Shown one piece after another: positions 1 through 12,779 of a stretch of 64,000 nt of DNA. The notes below the pieces were generated by a model. The model was not told the origin of the DNA, ran no database searches, and worked only from the letters and a program-made list of their open reading frames with translations. A program made the position numbers and the translations under genes. Source of the stretch: Myxococcota bacterium (lineage in GTDB: Bacteria; Myxococcota_A; UBA9160; UBA6930); contig OZ245015.1 in NCBI GenBank assembly GCA_965223705.1, forward strand, positions 1,792,001-1,856,000, read 5' to 3'. Numbering within the stretch: the stretch's first letter is position 1; each line of letters starts with the position of its first letter.

Positions 1-2
1 GC

Positions 3-1070
3 GGACTCCACATTCTGGGAACGGAGCGTCACGAGAGCCGGCGCATCGATAATCAGCTGCGCGGCCGCGCCGGCCGTCAGGGCGACCCGGGCTCGAGCCA
101 GTTCTTCCTTTCGCTCGAAGACGATCTCCTGCGCATCTTCGGCGGCGACCGGATCACGCCTTGGATGGAGCGCCTCGGGCTGGAAGACGGCGAGGCCATC
201 GAGCACAAGATGATCTCGAAGGCCATCGAGAACGCCCAGGTGAAGGTCGAAGGCCGGAACTTCGACATCCGCAAGCACCTCCTCGACTACGACGACGTCA
301 TGAACAAGCAGCGCCAGGCGTTCTACGGCCGCCGCCGGGAGACGCTCGAGCGCCCGGACATCCACGACGAAGTGCTCGAAATGGTCGAAGGCGTCGTCGT
401 GGCGATCCTCGACACGTACTGGCCGCCGAAAGGCGATCCGGACGACGAAGCCATCGGGCAGCTCGCCGCAGCCCTCGAGGCGCAGTTCGGTGTGGCCTTC
501 GCAGCCACCGAGCCGCCCTTCACCGAGGGCGGGAAGACCGCGACCGACCGAGATGGTCTGGGCCGCGTCGTGCTCGACAAGCTATCGGCTGTCTTGGAAG
601 ACAAGCGCAAGACCTGCGACCAGCTCGCGGAGGAGCACGCCGAAGTCGGCTACCCGCGCTTCGACGTCTTCGAACGAAGCATCCTGCTGCAGATCCTCGA
701 CCGGCTTTGGAAGGATCACCTCCACAGCATGGACGCCCTTCGCGAAGGCATCGGTCTGCGCGGCTACGCGCAACGCGACCCGAAGATCGAATACCAGCGC
801 GAGGGCTTCGCGCTCTTCGAAGACATGAGCGCGCGTGCCGACGCGCAGGTCGTGGAGACGCTGTTCAAGTTCGTGCTTCCCGACCCCGTGCCCGAGCCCG
901 CCCGCAAACCGGAGCCGCCGCTCGCCGGGCCCGGCCCGGATCCGCAACCCGGCCCGTCGCCCCAGCGCGCGAGCGTTCACGGTGCGGAAGCCAAGCAGGG
1001 CAAAGTCGGTCGCAACGATCCGTGCCCCTGCGGAAGCGGCAAGAAATACAAGAAGTGCCACGGCGCGTAG
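3..1070 (+). CDS. secA: Preprotein translocase subunit SecA (5'-truncated by window edge)
   Basis: Frame open from position 3: [30 protein letters not shown]; ends with SEC-C motif [21 protein letters not shown]. Confidence 0.98.
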   Translation, partial: GLHILGTERHESRRIDNQLRGRAGRQGDPGSSQFFLSLEDDLLRIFGGDRITPWMERLGLEDGEAIEHKMISKAIENAQVKVEGRNFDIRKHLLDYDDVMNKQRQAFYGRRRETLERPDIHDEVLEMVEGVVVAILDTYWPPKGDPDDEAIGQLAAALEAQFGVAFAATEPPFTEGGKTATDRDGLGRVVLDKLSAVLEDKRKTCDQLAEEHAEVGYPRFDVFERSILLQILDRLWKDHLHSMDALREGIGLRGYAQRDPKIEYQREGFALFEDMSARADAQVVETLFKFVLPDPVPEPARKPEPPLAGPGPDPQPGPSPQRASVHGAEAKQGKVGRNDPCPCGSGKKYKKCHGA

Positions 1071-1071
1071 C

Positions 1072-2250
1072 ATGGTCGCCGGCTTTCTAGCGAGCGGCGT
1101 CGCAGCGGGCGTCAAGCCGCGCGGTCTCGACTTAGGAATTCTCGCCTGCGATACGCGGGCGTCCGTCGCGGGCGTATTCACGAAATCCCGGGCGCCGGGT
1201 GCGCCGATCCTGTGGACGAAACCGCGGGTCGCGCGCGGGCGCGCGCGGGCTGTGGTTGTGAATGCCGGCAACGCCAATGTCTGCACGGGAAGTCGCGGCC
1301 TACGCGACGCCGAGGCGATGGCGCGAGCCGTCGCGGCCAAGCTCGGTTGCCCGCCGGGCGATGTGCTCGTCGCGTCGACCGGTGTCATCGGCGTCCCGCT
1401 TCCGATGCCCAAGTTGCGAAAAGGGCTTCCCCGCGCCGTCGACGATCTCCGCGCGGGCGGGTGGTCGCGGTTTGCGCGCGCCATCATGACGACCGACACC
1501 GTCCCGAAGCAGTCGACGGTGTCGCTGAAAATTGGCGGGAAGCCCGTCGAGATCACCGGCGTCGCGAAGGGCTCGGGAATGATCGAGCCCGACATGGCGA
1601 CCATGCTGTCCTTTATCGCGACCGACGCCGAGGCCAACCCCGCCTTTCTGCGCACCGCGCTGCGCCGAGCGGCCGACGCGACGTTCAACCGTGTGACCGT
1701 CGACGCGGAGATGTCGACCAGCGACATGGTTCTCCTGTTTGCGGGCGGGCGTGCCGGCAACCCGTCGCTGCGATCGGCGAGAAGCTCTGGCGCAGCCGAG
1801 TTCGAAGCGGGCCTTCGGCAGGTGTGCGACGACCTCGCCCGAGCCGTCGCCCGAGACGGGGAGGGGGCGACGAAACTCCTCATCGTGGAGGTGAGCGGGG
1901 CGCGAACGGAGGGCGAGGCGGTTCGCGCTGCCCGCCGTGTCGCGAACTCGATGCTCGTCAAGACGGCGATTTTCGGAAGCGATCCGAACTGGGGCCGTAT
2001 CCTCCAGACCCTCGGCGCCTCGGACGTACCGATCGACCCCGACCGCTTGCGGATCGCGGTGGGCGGGCGCGTCGTCTTCCAGGGGGGGCGGCCGCGCGGC
2101 ATCGCGGCAACCCGCGGAGCCGAGCGCGCCATGCGCGGCGACGAGGTCGTCCTCGCCATCGATCTCGGGCGGGGAAGCGCGAGCGGCCATATCTACAGCT
2201 GCGATCTCACCCACGGGTACATTTCGATCAACGCCGACTACACGACCTGA
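1072..2250 (+). CDS. argJ: Bifunctional ornithine acetyltransferase/N-acetylglutamate synthase
   Basis: NAGNAN, IMTTDT, AKGSGMIEPDMATML, DGEGATK, DPNWGRI, C-terminal INADYTT; ATG 1 nt after secA stop. Confidence 0.95.
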   Translation: MVAGFLASGVAAGVKPRGLDLGILACDTRASVAGVFTKSRAPGAPILWTKPRVARGRARAVVVNAGNANVCTGSRGLRDAEAMARAVAAKLGCPPGDVLVASTGVIGVPLPMPKLRKGLPRAVDDLRAGGWSRFARAIMTTDTVPKQSTVSLKIGGKPVEITGVAKGSGMIEPDMATMLSFIATDAEANPAFLRTALRRAADATFNRVTVDAEMSTSDMVLLFAGGRAGNPSLRSARSSGAAEFEAGLRQVCDDLARAVARDGEGATKLLIVEVSGARTEGEAVRAARRVANSMLVKTAIFGSDPNWGRILQTLGASDVPIDPDRLRIAVGGRVVFQGGRPRGIAATRGAERAMRGDEVVLAIDLGRGSASGHIYSCDLTHGYISINADYTT

Positions 2251-2289
2251 GGTCGGATGTGGAACGGCGAAAAATCTGCTAACTACCTG

Positions 2290-2415
2290 CGAACTCACAC
2301 GTTCCCGACTTTCCGGCGGTGTGGCGGCGGGTACTCGAAGGAGTCCGCGAGTCATCCGGGACGCGGGCCGATAGGGCCGCGCTGGGGACGGAAGACGAAC
2401 CGCGAAGGAGAATCT
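2290..2415 (+). promoter_or_regulatory. Possible rpsB leader (t44-like autoregulatory RNA)
   Basis: About 165-nt GC-rich non-coding gap before rpsB with hairpin potential (gcgggccgatagggccgcgc); call rests mostly on position. Confidence 0.3.
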
Positions 2416-5222
<2,807 letters not shown>

Positions 5223-5233
5223 CGGAGCACCAC

Positions 5234-5803
5234 ATGGCCGAAGAAGAAGTCGATCTCGTCATGACCGAAGCGACGGACGCCATGGAGAAGTCGATTCACA
5301 GTTTGAAGGTCGACATGCAGAAGATCCGGACCGGTCGCGCGAATCCGTCGGTCCTGGACGGCGTGCAGGTCGACTACTACGGAACGCCGACGCCGCTCAA
5401 CCAGCTGGCCAACCTGAGCGCGCCGGAGCCGAACTTGATCGTCATTTCGCCCTACGATCGCGCGGTGCTCGGCGACATCGAGCGCGCCATTCAAGCGGCC
5501 GATCTCGGACTTTCGCCGAACAACGACGGGAAGCTCGTGCGCATCCCGATTCCTCCGCTCACCGAGGAGCGGCGGAAAGAGCTCGTGAAGCAGGTGAAGA
5601 AGCTCGCCGAAGATCACAAGATCGGGATCCGCGAAGCACGCCGTCAGGCGATTGCCGCGCTCAAAGATTTCGAGAGCGACGGTTCACTCCCGGAGGATTC
5701 CCGACGCCGCGCCGACAAGTCCGTCCAAGATCTGACCGACAAGCACACCAAACAGGTGGACGAAATCACGAGTCAGAAAGAAGAAGAGATCCTCCAAGTC
5801 TAG
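5234..5803 (+). CDS. frr: Ribosome recycling factor
   Basis: IRTGRANP, VDYYGTPTPL, PPLTEERRKEL. Confidence 0.98.
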   Translation: MAEEEVDLVMTEATDAMEKSIHSLKVDMQKIRTGRANPSVLDGVQVDYYGTPTPLNQLANLSAPEPNLIVISPYDRAVLGDIERAIQAADLGLSPNNDGKLVRIPIPPLTEERRKELVKQVKKLAEDHKIGIREARRQAIAALKDFESDGSLPEDSRRRADKSVQDLTDKHTKQVDEITSQKEEEILQV

Positions 5804-6552
5804 TGACCGAGCTGCCCCTTCCGCAGGACCGCCGCCCGCGGCACATCGCCATCATCATGGACGGCAACGGTCGGTGGGCGGAATCCCGCGGGCAAACGAG
5901 AAGTGACGGTCACCGGGCCGGCGTCGAAGCGGTGAAGGCCGTCGTACGCGCGGCGCGTGAGTGGGAGATCCCGTGGCTCACGCTGTACGCGTTTTCCTCG
6001 GAAAATTGGAGCCGTCCGCGCATGGAAATTCGGGCGCTGATGAAGCTTCCGGATCTGTACTTCGAAACGGAGCTCGCGAACTGTATCGAGAACGGCATTC
6101 GCATCCGCTGCATCGGCCAGCTGGATCGGCTTCCGAAGCACGTGCGGAAAACGCTCTCGAGAGCGATCCTGGACACGCGCGATCAACGCGAGATGCAGCT
6201 CGTCTTCGCCTTGTCGTACGGAGCTCGGGGCGAGCTCGTCGACGCCGCGCGCCGCCTGGCACAAGCCGTCGAATCCGGGCGACTCAGCTCGGATGCCATC
6301 GATGAGAAAACCGTGACCGCGCACCTCGACGACCCCGAACTGCCGGATGTCGACCTGTTGATCCGAACCGGGGGCGAGGCGCGCGTGTCGAACTTTCTGT
6401 TGTGGCAGAGCGCTTACGCCGAGCTTTATTTCACCGACACGATGTGGCCGGATTTCGACCGCGCCTGTCTCGCCAAGGCCATCGACTGGTACGGAGAGCG
6501 CGAGCGACGCTTCGGTCGGACGAGCGCGCAGCTGCCAGAGAAGTGCCGATGA
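5803..6552 (+). CDS. uppS: Undecaprenyl diphosphate synthase
   Basis: HIAIIMDGNGRWA, AFSSENWSRP, RTGGEARVSNFLLWQ. Confidence 0.97.
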   Translation: MTELPLPQDRRPRHIAIIMDGNGRWAESRGQTRSDGHRAGVEAVKAVVRAAREWEIPWLTLYAFSSENWSRPRMEIRALMKLPDLYFETELANCIENGIRIRCIGQLDRLPKHVRKTLSRAILDTRDQREMQLVFALSYGARGELVDAARRLAQAVESGRLSSDAIDEKTVTAHLDDPELPDVDLLIRTGGEARVSNFLLWQSAYAELYFTDTMWPDFDRACLAKAIDWYGERERRFGRTSAQLPEKCR

Positions 6553-7733
6553 AGCGGATCGCGATCCTCGGCAGCACGGGCAGCATCGGCGAGCAGACGC
6601 TCGACGTGGCACTGCAGTTTCCCGAGCGCTACCGCGTGGTCGCGTTGGCTGCCGGACGCAACGTGGCGCGTCTGGCCGAACAGGTCGAGCGGTTTCGTCC
6701 CGAGATCGTCTCTGTGGCGGAGCCCGCCGGAGCGGAAGAGCTCAGGCAGCGTTTGGGAGGACGCGTCACACCCGAGATCGCCGTCGGCGCAAGCGGCCTC
6801 GACGCGGTTGCGACCGCGCCGGCCGAGCGCGTTATCGCCGGGCTCGTCGGCGCCGTGGGTATCGGTCCGACGCTCGCCGCGATTCGCGCGGGGACCGACG
6901 TTGCCCTGGCGAACAAGGAAGTGATGGTGACGGCCGGCGCTTTGGTGAACCGCGAAGCTTCGAAGCGCGGCGTGTCGATTCTCCCCGTCGACAGCGAGCA
7001 CAGCGCGATCTTTCAGGCGCTGGCCGGTCAACGCGCGCGCGACGTGTCGCGCCTGATTCTCACCGCGTCGGGCGGTCCGTTTCGCACGTGGGACGCGGCG
7101 CGCATCGCCGAAGCGACGCGCGAGGAAGCGCTCAACCACCCCAACTGGAAAATGGGGCCAAAGATCACGATCGATTCTGCGACGTTGATGAACAAGGGAC
7201 TCGAGGTGATCGAGGCGCGCTGGCTGTTCGACGCCGCACCGCGGCAGATCGACGTGGTCGTTCATCCGGAATCGATCGTCCACTCGCTCGTCGAGTTCGT
7301 CGACGGATCGGTGCTCGCGCAGCTCGGCCTGCCGGATATGCGCGTTCCCATCGCCGTCGCACTCGCGCATCCCGAGCGTCTACCCCTCGACTTGCCCCGT
7401 CTCGACCTCGCAGAACTGAAGGCGCTCCATTTCGAAGCGCCCGATGAAACCCGGTTTCCGGCTCTCGGCTTGGCGTTCCGGGCGCTCGAAGCCGGAGAGG
7501 CGGCGCCGGCCGTGCTCAACGCCGCGAACGAGGAAACCGTCGCCGCTTTCCTCGCGGGTCGGATTCGGGTCCCCGATATTGCAGCCCACAACGAGGGCGC
7601 CCTCGAGGCATTCGAGCAGGCGGGCGGCGGCGGCCTGCGCGATCTCTCCGACGTCGCCGAGGCGGATCGCTTTGGCCGAGCGTGGGTTCGCGAGCGACTC
7701 GGGATCGAGACACCACAGGAGGTCCGGGCGTGA
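6549..7733 (+). CDS. dxr: 1-deoxy-D-xylulose-5-phosphate reductoisomerase
   Basis: ILGSTGSIG, LANKE, PVDSEHSA, MGPKITIDSATLMNKGLE. Confidence 0.98.
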   Translation: MKRIAILGSTGSIGEQTLDVALQFPERYRVVALAAGRNVARLAEQVERFRPEIVSVAEPAGAEELRQRLGGRVTPEIAVGASGLDAVATAPAERVIAGLVGAVGIGPTLAAIRAGTDVALANKEVMVTAGALVNREASKRGVSILPVDSEHSAIFQALAGQRARDVSRLILTASGGPFRTWDAARIAEATREEALNHPNWKMGPKITIDSATLMNKGLEVIEARWLFDAAPRQIDVVVHPESIVHSLVEFVDGSVLAQLGLPDMRVPIAVALAHPERLPLDLPRLDLAELKALHFEAPDETRFPALGLAFRALEAGEAAPAVLNAANEETVAAFLAGRIRVPDIAAHNEGALEAFEQAGGGGLRDLSDVAEADRFGRAWVRERLGIETPQEVRA

Positions 7734-9400
7734 CAGGGTTGGGTACCGCCGTCGAGTTCATTTTCGCGCTGAGCCTGATGCTGGGCGTCGTGATCACCGT
7801 GCACGAGTTCGGGCATTTCATCGTCGCGAAGCTGTGCGGCGTGCGCATTCTGAAGTTCAGCGTCGGCTTTGGCTCGGCCGTCGGATTCGGGCGTTTCCGC
7901 CTGCGGGGTGTGCGGAACGGCACGGAGTACGCGTTGTCGTGGCTCCCGCTCGGGGGCTACGTCCGGATGCAGGGGGAGTACGGCGAGGAAACGGACGGCA
8001 TCCCGCCCGGTCCGGGGGAGCCGTTCTCCGAAAAAGCACTTTGGCAGAAGCTCCTCATTCTCGTAGCCGGCCCCGGCATGAATCTCCTCCTACCCGTGCT
8101 GCTCTTTGCCGCCGCGCTGTGGGTCGGTGTGGAGCGACCCGAAGCGGTCGTCGGCAGCGTCGAGCGCGGGTCGCCCGCGGCGGAAGCGGGGCTCCTTCCA
8201 GGCGATCGCATCGCAGCGATCGACGGGGAGCCGGTTCGCTGGTGGAGCGAAGTCGAAGAGGCGGTGCGCGGGAATCCCGGCGATCGGGTCGCGCTCGAGG
8301 TCGCCCGCGGCGACGAGCGGATTCCGATTCCCCTCGAGATCGGCAGTCGGCGCGGCGTCGACACGTTCCGCACGCCGGCCGAGGTCGGGTGGCTCGGCCT
8401 TCGTCATCACCGCCAGATGCCCGTGATCGGCGTGCCGTCTTCCGACTCCGCGGCGGCCGCGGCCGGGTTCCACTCCGGGGATCGCATCGTTTCTGTCGAC
8501 GGCCACATCGTCGAAGACTGGGGATCCTTCGCACAGCGCGTCCTCGCCGGCACCGGATCGGTCGACATCGTTCTCGAGCGCGGCGGTGAGGGCGAAGCGG
8601 AGCGGGTCGAGCTCGCGATGCCGCCGGCCGAGCATCTCGAAGCCTTCGGCCTGATCCCGGCGGTGGTCCTCGTCGCACAAGTGGCGCCCGATTCCGCGGC
8701 CAGCGAGGCCGGCGTCGAGGCCGGGGACCTCATCGTCGCTGTCGACGGCGAACCCGTGGGAAGCTTTTTTACCTTCCAAGAGACCGTGCTCGGCAGCGAA
8801 GGCCGCACCCTCGACGTATCGATCGCTCGCGACGGGGAATCTCTCACGGTTCCGATCGCCCCGCGACTGATGGAAACGGAAGTCGCCGGTACCCGTCAGG
8901 ACGCGTACCGGATCGGGATCCACGGCGAGAACGCCGTGCTCGCGGGCACACTCGCACTCGATCAGACGCGCAATCCCATCGTCGCCGTCGCTCGCGGCGC
9001 GCAGCAGACGGCCGAGATCACGGTGCTCTTTCTCCGCGGTCTCAAAAAGCTCGTCGCAGGCGATATCTCCAGGAAGAACATCGGCGGCCCCATCGAGATC
9101 GCGCGTCAGTCTCACAATGCCCTGCGGGACGGTTGGGACCGTTTCATGAACGTGCTGATTCTCATCAGCATCAACATCGGCATCTTGAACCTACTGCCGA
9201 TTCCCATGCTCGATGGCGGTCAGGCCATCGTGTACAGCGTCGAGAGCCTGAAGCGGGGCCCGCTCTCTCAGCGAACGCGATTGCTGGTGCAGCAAGTCGG
9301 CGTGGTGTTCTTGCTGTCCATCATGGGGTTCGCCTTCTGGAACGATATTTCGAGAAATTGGTCGAGCTTCTTTGAATGGTTCAAGAACCTCGTGGCTTGA
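7730..9400 (+). CDS. rseP: RIP metalloprotease RseP with several PDZ domains
   Basis: HEFGH, AGPGMN, NLLPIPMLDGG; three PDZ-like repeats (S.AA.AG...GD.I...DG). Confidence 0.95.
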   Translation: MTGLGTAVEFIFALSLMLGVVITVHEFGHFIVAKLCGVRILKFSVGFGSAVGFGRFRLRGVRNGTEYALSWLPLGGYVRMQGEYGEETDGIPPGPGEPFSEKALWQKLLILVAGPGMNLLLPVLLFAAALWVGVERPEAVVGSVERGSPAAEAGLLPGDRIAAIDGEPVRWWSEVEEAVRGNPGDRVALEVARGDERIPIPLEIGSRRGVDTFRTPAEVGWLGLRHHRQMPVIGVPSSDSAAAAAGFHSGDRIVSVDGHIVEDWGSFAQRVLAGTGSVDIVLERGGEGEAERVELAMPPAEHLEAFGLIPAVVLVAQVAPDSAASEAGVEAGDLIVAVDGEPVGSFFTFQETVLGSEGRTLDVSIARDGESLTVPIAPRLMETEVAGTRQDAYRIGIHGENAVLAGTLALDQTRNPIVAVARGAQQTAEITVLFLRGLKKLVAGDISRKNIGGPIEIARQSHNALRDGWDRFMNVLILISINIGILNLLPIPMLDGGQAIVYSVESLKRGPLSQRTRLLVQQVGVVFLLSIMGFAFWNDISRNWSSFFEWFKNLVA

Positions 9401-10092
9401 TCCTCGCTATCGACACCGCGACCCGTCGCTTGTCGGTCGCGCTGATGGACGGCGACGCCTGTGTGGGTCGTTACGACGACGATGAGAAACGGCTACACGC
9501 GGAGGGTCTCCTGCCCGCCATCGAGGGGCTGCTCCGCACGGCGGCGGTCTCGGTCGAGGAGCTCCTGGCGTTTGCCGTCTCGATCGGCCCCGGTTCTTTC
9601 ACGGGGCTGCGGATCGGTCTGGCCACGGTCAAGGGACTCACGTTCGGCGGAACCCAGCCGGTCGTTCCCGTGCCGACCCTGCTCGGGCTGGCGGTCGCGG
9701 CCGACGCGCCTGGTGTTCGCGGTGCCGTGCTCGACGCACGCCGGGGCGAGGCGTACGCCGCTTGGCTGCCTCGGGGCGCCGCCGCTCTCGCAGGTGAGGG
9801 CGTCTACACCCCGGAGAGCCTCGCTGCGGTCTTGCCGCCCGGCGCGACGATCGCTGTCGGTGAAGACGCTGACGCGTTCGCCAAGAGCTTGAGCGGGCGC
9901 GTCGAGGTCTCCCTTGTCCAGCCCGTGCCCACCTGCGCTGAGCGCATCGGCAAGCTCGCCCGCCCGTTGTTGGCCGGCGGGGTGGGAGGCCCGGGTGCCG
10001 ACCTCGTCCCGCACTACGTGCGCCGCGCCGAAGCCGAGGTCAGGCGGACCGGTGAGCGCTTTGAACCGGTGCCCGACACTGCTTCAGACTGA
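9397..10092 (+). CDS. tsaB: tRNA threonylcarbamoyladenosine biosynthesis protein TsaB
   Basis: ILAIDTAT, GPGSFTGLRIG, DARRGE; TTG start overlaps rseP stop. Confidence 0.93.
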   Translation: MILAIDTATRRLSVALMDGDACVGRYDDDEKRLHAEGLLPAIEGLLRTAAVSVEELLAFAVSIGPGSFTGLRIGLATVKGLTFGGTQPVVPVPTLLGLAVAADAPGVRGAVLDARRGEAYAAWLPRGAAALAGEGVYTPESLAAVLPPGATIAVGEDADAFAKSLSGRVEVSLVQPVPTCAERIGKLARPLLAGGVGGPGADLVPHYVRRAEAEVRRTGERFEPVPDTASD

Positions 10093-10094
10093 TT

Positions 10095-10123
10095 TTGACA
10101 GTGGCCGGAGGGTCGCGTAGGGT
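10095..10123 (+). promoter_or_regulatory. sigma70-type promoter for the ilvC operon
   Basis: TTGACA-N17-TAGGGT. Confidence 0.55.
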
Positions 10124-10240
10124 CGCGTATTCTCTCGTTCCCACGGGCATGTAGCCGATCTCGCGGCCGCCCGAACGGCCCGACCCGGGCGGATCACGGG
10201 CATTCCGAACCGGGCGGGACCCCCACGTTGGAGGTCGCCG

Positions 10241-11263
10241 GTGGCGCTTCAGATTTACTACGACAAGGATGCCGACCTCGCGCGGCTCGAAGGCAAGACC
10301 GTCGCGATCATCGGCTACGGCAGCCAGGGGCACGCGCACGCGCAGAACCTCCACAACTCGGGTGTGTCGGTGGTCGTGGGGCTACGCGAAGGTTCCGCGT
10401 CCTGGGACAAGGCGAAGTCCGCGGGTCTCCGTGTGGAGACGACGGCGGATGCCGCGAAGGCCGGCGACATCGTGATGCTCACGGTTCCCGACGAGTTGGC
10501 GGCGGGTCTCTACGAGGCCGACGTGCGTCCGAACCTCTCGCCCGGCAACTACTTGGCCGTTGCGCACGGCTTCAACATCCACTTCCGCGCCATCGAGCCC
10601 GACCCCGGCGTGAACGTGTTCATGGTGGCGCCGAAGGGGCCCGGTCACACGGTCCGTGCGCTCTACGAGCAGGGCCGAGGCGTTCCCTCGCTTGTCGCCG
10701 TCGATGCCGATCCCTCGGGCGATACGCTCCAAACGGCGCTGGCGTACGCGAAAGGCCTCGGCGCCGGTCGCGCCGGCATCATCGAGACCACGTTCCGAGA
10801 CGAGACCGAGACGGATCTCTTTGGCGAGCAAACGGTGCTTTGCGGCGGCCTCACGTCGCTGATGGCGGCCGGTTACGAAACTCTCGTCGAGGCGGGTTAC
10901 CCGCCGGAGATGGCGTACTTCGAGACGATTCACGAAGTGAAGCTCATCGTCGATCTCATCTACGAAAACGGTATGGCGAACATGCGGTACTCGGTGTCGA
11001 ACACCGCCGAATACGGCGATCTTACGCGCGGCCCCCGGGTCATCGATGCAAACGTGAAGGCGCGGATGAAGGAAATCCTCACCGAGATTCAGGAAGGTAC
11101 GTTCGCCAAGGAGTTCATTCTCGAGAACCGCTCCGGGGGCGTCTCCTTTGGCGCGTTGCGAAAGCGGGCGGCCGAACACCCGATGGAAGAGGTCGGCGCC
11201 AGGCTTCGCGGCCTGATGCCGTGGCTGAAGGAGAACCAGCTCGTCGACCGCTCGAAGAACTGA
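10241..11263 (+). CDS. ilvC: Ketol-acid reductoisomerase
   Basis: [41 protein letters not shown]. Confidence 0.98.
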   Translation: MALQIYYDKDADLARLEGKTVAIIGYGSQGHAHAQNLHNSGVSVVVGLREGSASWDKAKSAGLRVETTADAAKAGDIVMLTVPDELAAGLYEADVRPNLSPGNYLAVAHGFNIHFRAIEPDPGVNVFMVAPKGPGHTVRALYEQGRGVPSLVAVDADPSGDTLQTALAYAKGLGAGRAGIIETTFRDETETDLFGEQTVLCGGLTSLMAAGYETLVEAGYPPEMAYFETIHEVKLIVDLIYENGMANMRYSVSNTAEYGDLTRGPRVIDANVKARMKEILTEIQEGTFAKEFILENRSGGVSFGALRKRAAEHPMEEVGARLRGLMPWLKENQLVDRSKN

Positions 11264-11273
11264 ACGAGCCGCG

Positions 11274-11957
11274 ATGGCGGAAACCGTCGGCCGCGAGCCG
11301 GTCTTCGAAGAGCGACTGACCGGCTGGTTTGCAAGCGATGCCAAGGCGGTTGCGATACCGGCCTTCATGGCGGCAGTGGTTTGTTGGGCGCTCGGGCTCG
11401 GGTGGCTCGCGCTCTTCGCGGCACTCCTCGGCGCGGCGGTGGCTGCGTTCTTTCGCAATCCAGACCGCGAGATTCCCGCGGATCCCCGTGCCGTCATCGC
11501 GCCGGCCGACGGCCGGGTGATCGAAGTGGTGCCCGTCGAGATGGCGGACGGGAGCCGCGCCCTGCGGATCGGCATCTTCCTTTCCGTCTTCGACGTCCAC
11601 ATCAACCGCGCGCCCGTCGCGGGGCGCGTGCTCGAACTCGCTCGGTCAGGCGACGAGTACTTGGCCGCATTCAACCGCGAGGCACCGGAGCGCAACGTGC
11701 GCCTCGCGATGAAACTCGAAACCGAGTCGGGAGCCCCGGTCTGGGTCGTCCAGATCACCGGGTGGATCGCGCGGCGGATCGTTTGTCACGTCCGAGAAGG
11801 CGAGTGGCTGGGTCGCGGGATCCGCTACGGGTTGATTCGGTTCGGGTCCCGCACCGACGTCCTGTTGCCGGAGAACTGTCAGGCCCAGGTCACCGCGAAG
11901 CAGCGCGTTTGGGGCGGTCGTAGCATCATTGCGACTTTTCCAGGAGATGCGTCGTGA
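11274..11957 (+). CDS. psd: Phosphatidylserine decarboxylase
   Basis: FFRNPDR, APADG, IFLSVFDVHINRAP, autocleavage motif RFGSRTD. Confidence 0.93.
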   Translation: MAETVGREPVFEERLTGWFASDAKAVAIPAFMAAVVCWALGLGWLALFAALLGAAVAAFFRNPDREIPADPRAVIAPADGRVIEVVPVEMADGSRALRIGIFLSVFDVHINRAPVAGRVLELARSGDEYLAAFNREAPERNVRLAMKLETESGAPVWVVQITGWIARRIVCHVREGEWLGRGIRYGLIRFGSRTDVLLPENCQAQVTAKQRVWGGRSIIATFPGDAS

Positions 11958-12775
11958 CCGCCGAGCCCAAGCTGCCCGCCGAAGTCGCGCCGGCTCGCCG
12001 CCGCCGCGGTAGGCGATCGGGTCGCGGCTTCGCCACGCTGCTGCCGCATCTCCTCACCACCGGCAATCTCGGCGCGGGTTTCTACGCCATTGTGACGGCG
12101 CCGACCGATCTCGATCGTGCCGCCGCGGCTGTCTTTGTCGCGATGATCTTCGATTTCCTCGATGGACGGGCGGCTCGGATGGCGCGCGCCACGAGCCGCT
12201 TCGGGGTGGAGTACGACTCGATCTCCGACACCGTCTCCTTCGGCGTCGCACCGGCGGTGATGGCGTTCAGCGCCGGGACGATGCAGGAGCTCGGCTGGAC
12301 CGGCTGGGTGTTGGCGTTCATGTTTACGTCGTGCGCCGGGTTGAGACTCGCGCGCTTCAACGTCTCTCCTGCGCGTTTCCCGGGCTGTTTCGAGGGTTTG
12401 CCGAGCCCCGCTGCCGCCGGAATGGTCGCGAGTTCCGTGTTTCTCACCACCACGCTCAGGGAGAGCGGATGGGAGCTCGGCGTCCCGCCCGCCCTGGTCG
12501 GCTTCGGCCTGGCGAGTCTCGGGCTCCTCATGGTGAGTCCGGTCCCGTATCGCAGTTTCAAAGAGCTCGATCTTCGGGGCTCCTACAGCACGGTGGTGAT
12601 CGCTGTGGTCGGCGTGGGAATCATCGGCCTCAAGCCCTCGGTGACTTTCCCACTAATCGGTATCCTCTACGTCCTGTCCGGGCCGGTCGAGTGGCTCTAC
12701 CGGTGGCAGAAGGGCTGCCCTCGGGAGCCGGTTTCGGTTCCGGACTCCATCGCGGCGGAAGACGCCAAGGAATAA
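11954..12775 (+). CDS. pssA: CDP-diacylglycerol--serine O-phosphatidyltransferase
   Basis: DFLDGRAAR...SRFGVEYDSISDTVSFGVAPA, LRLARFN, FEGLPSP. Confidence 0.94.
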   Translation: MTAEPKLPAEVAPARRRRGRRSGRGFATLLPHLLTTGNLGAGFYAIVTAPTDLDRAAAAVFVAMIFDFLDGRAARMARATSRFGVEYDSISDTVSFGVAPAVMAFSAGTMQELGWTGWVLAFMFTSCAGLRLARFNVSPARFPGCFEGLPSPAAAGMVASSVFLTTTLRESGWELGVPPALVGFGLASLGLLMVSPVPYRSFKELDLRGSYSTVVIAVVGVGIIGLKPSVTFPLIGILYVLSGPVEWLYRWQKGCPREPVSVPDSIAAEDAKE

Positions 12776-12779
12776 CGCC

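Noticed and set aside
835..1071. Long N-terminal extensions in the ORF track (argJ, pyrH, pyrG, pentapeptide protein and others)
   Set aside because: They overlap upstream genes; downstream starts with an RBS or stop-start coupling fit better
10109..10128. 10-bp tandem repeat AGGGTCGCGT x2 and a possible ilv attenuator
   Set aside because: Only two copies, overlapping the -10 region; no Ile/Leu/Val-rich leader peptide or terminator was found
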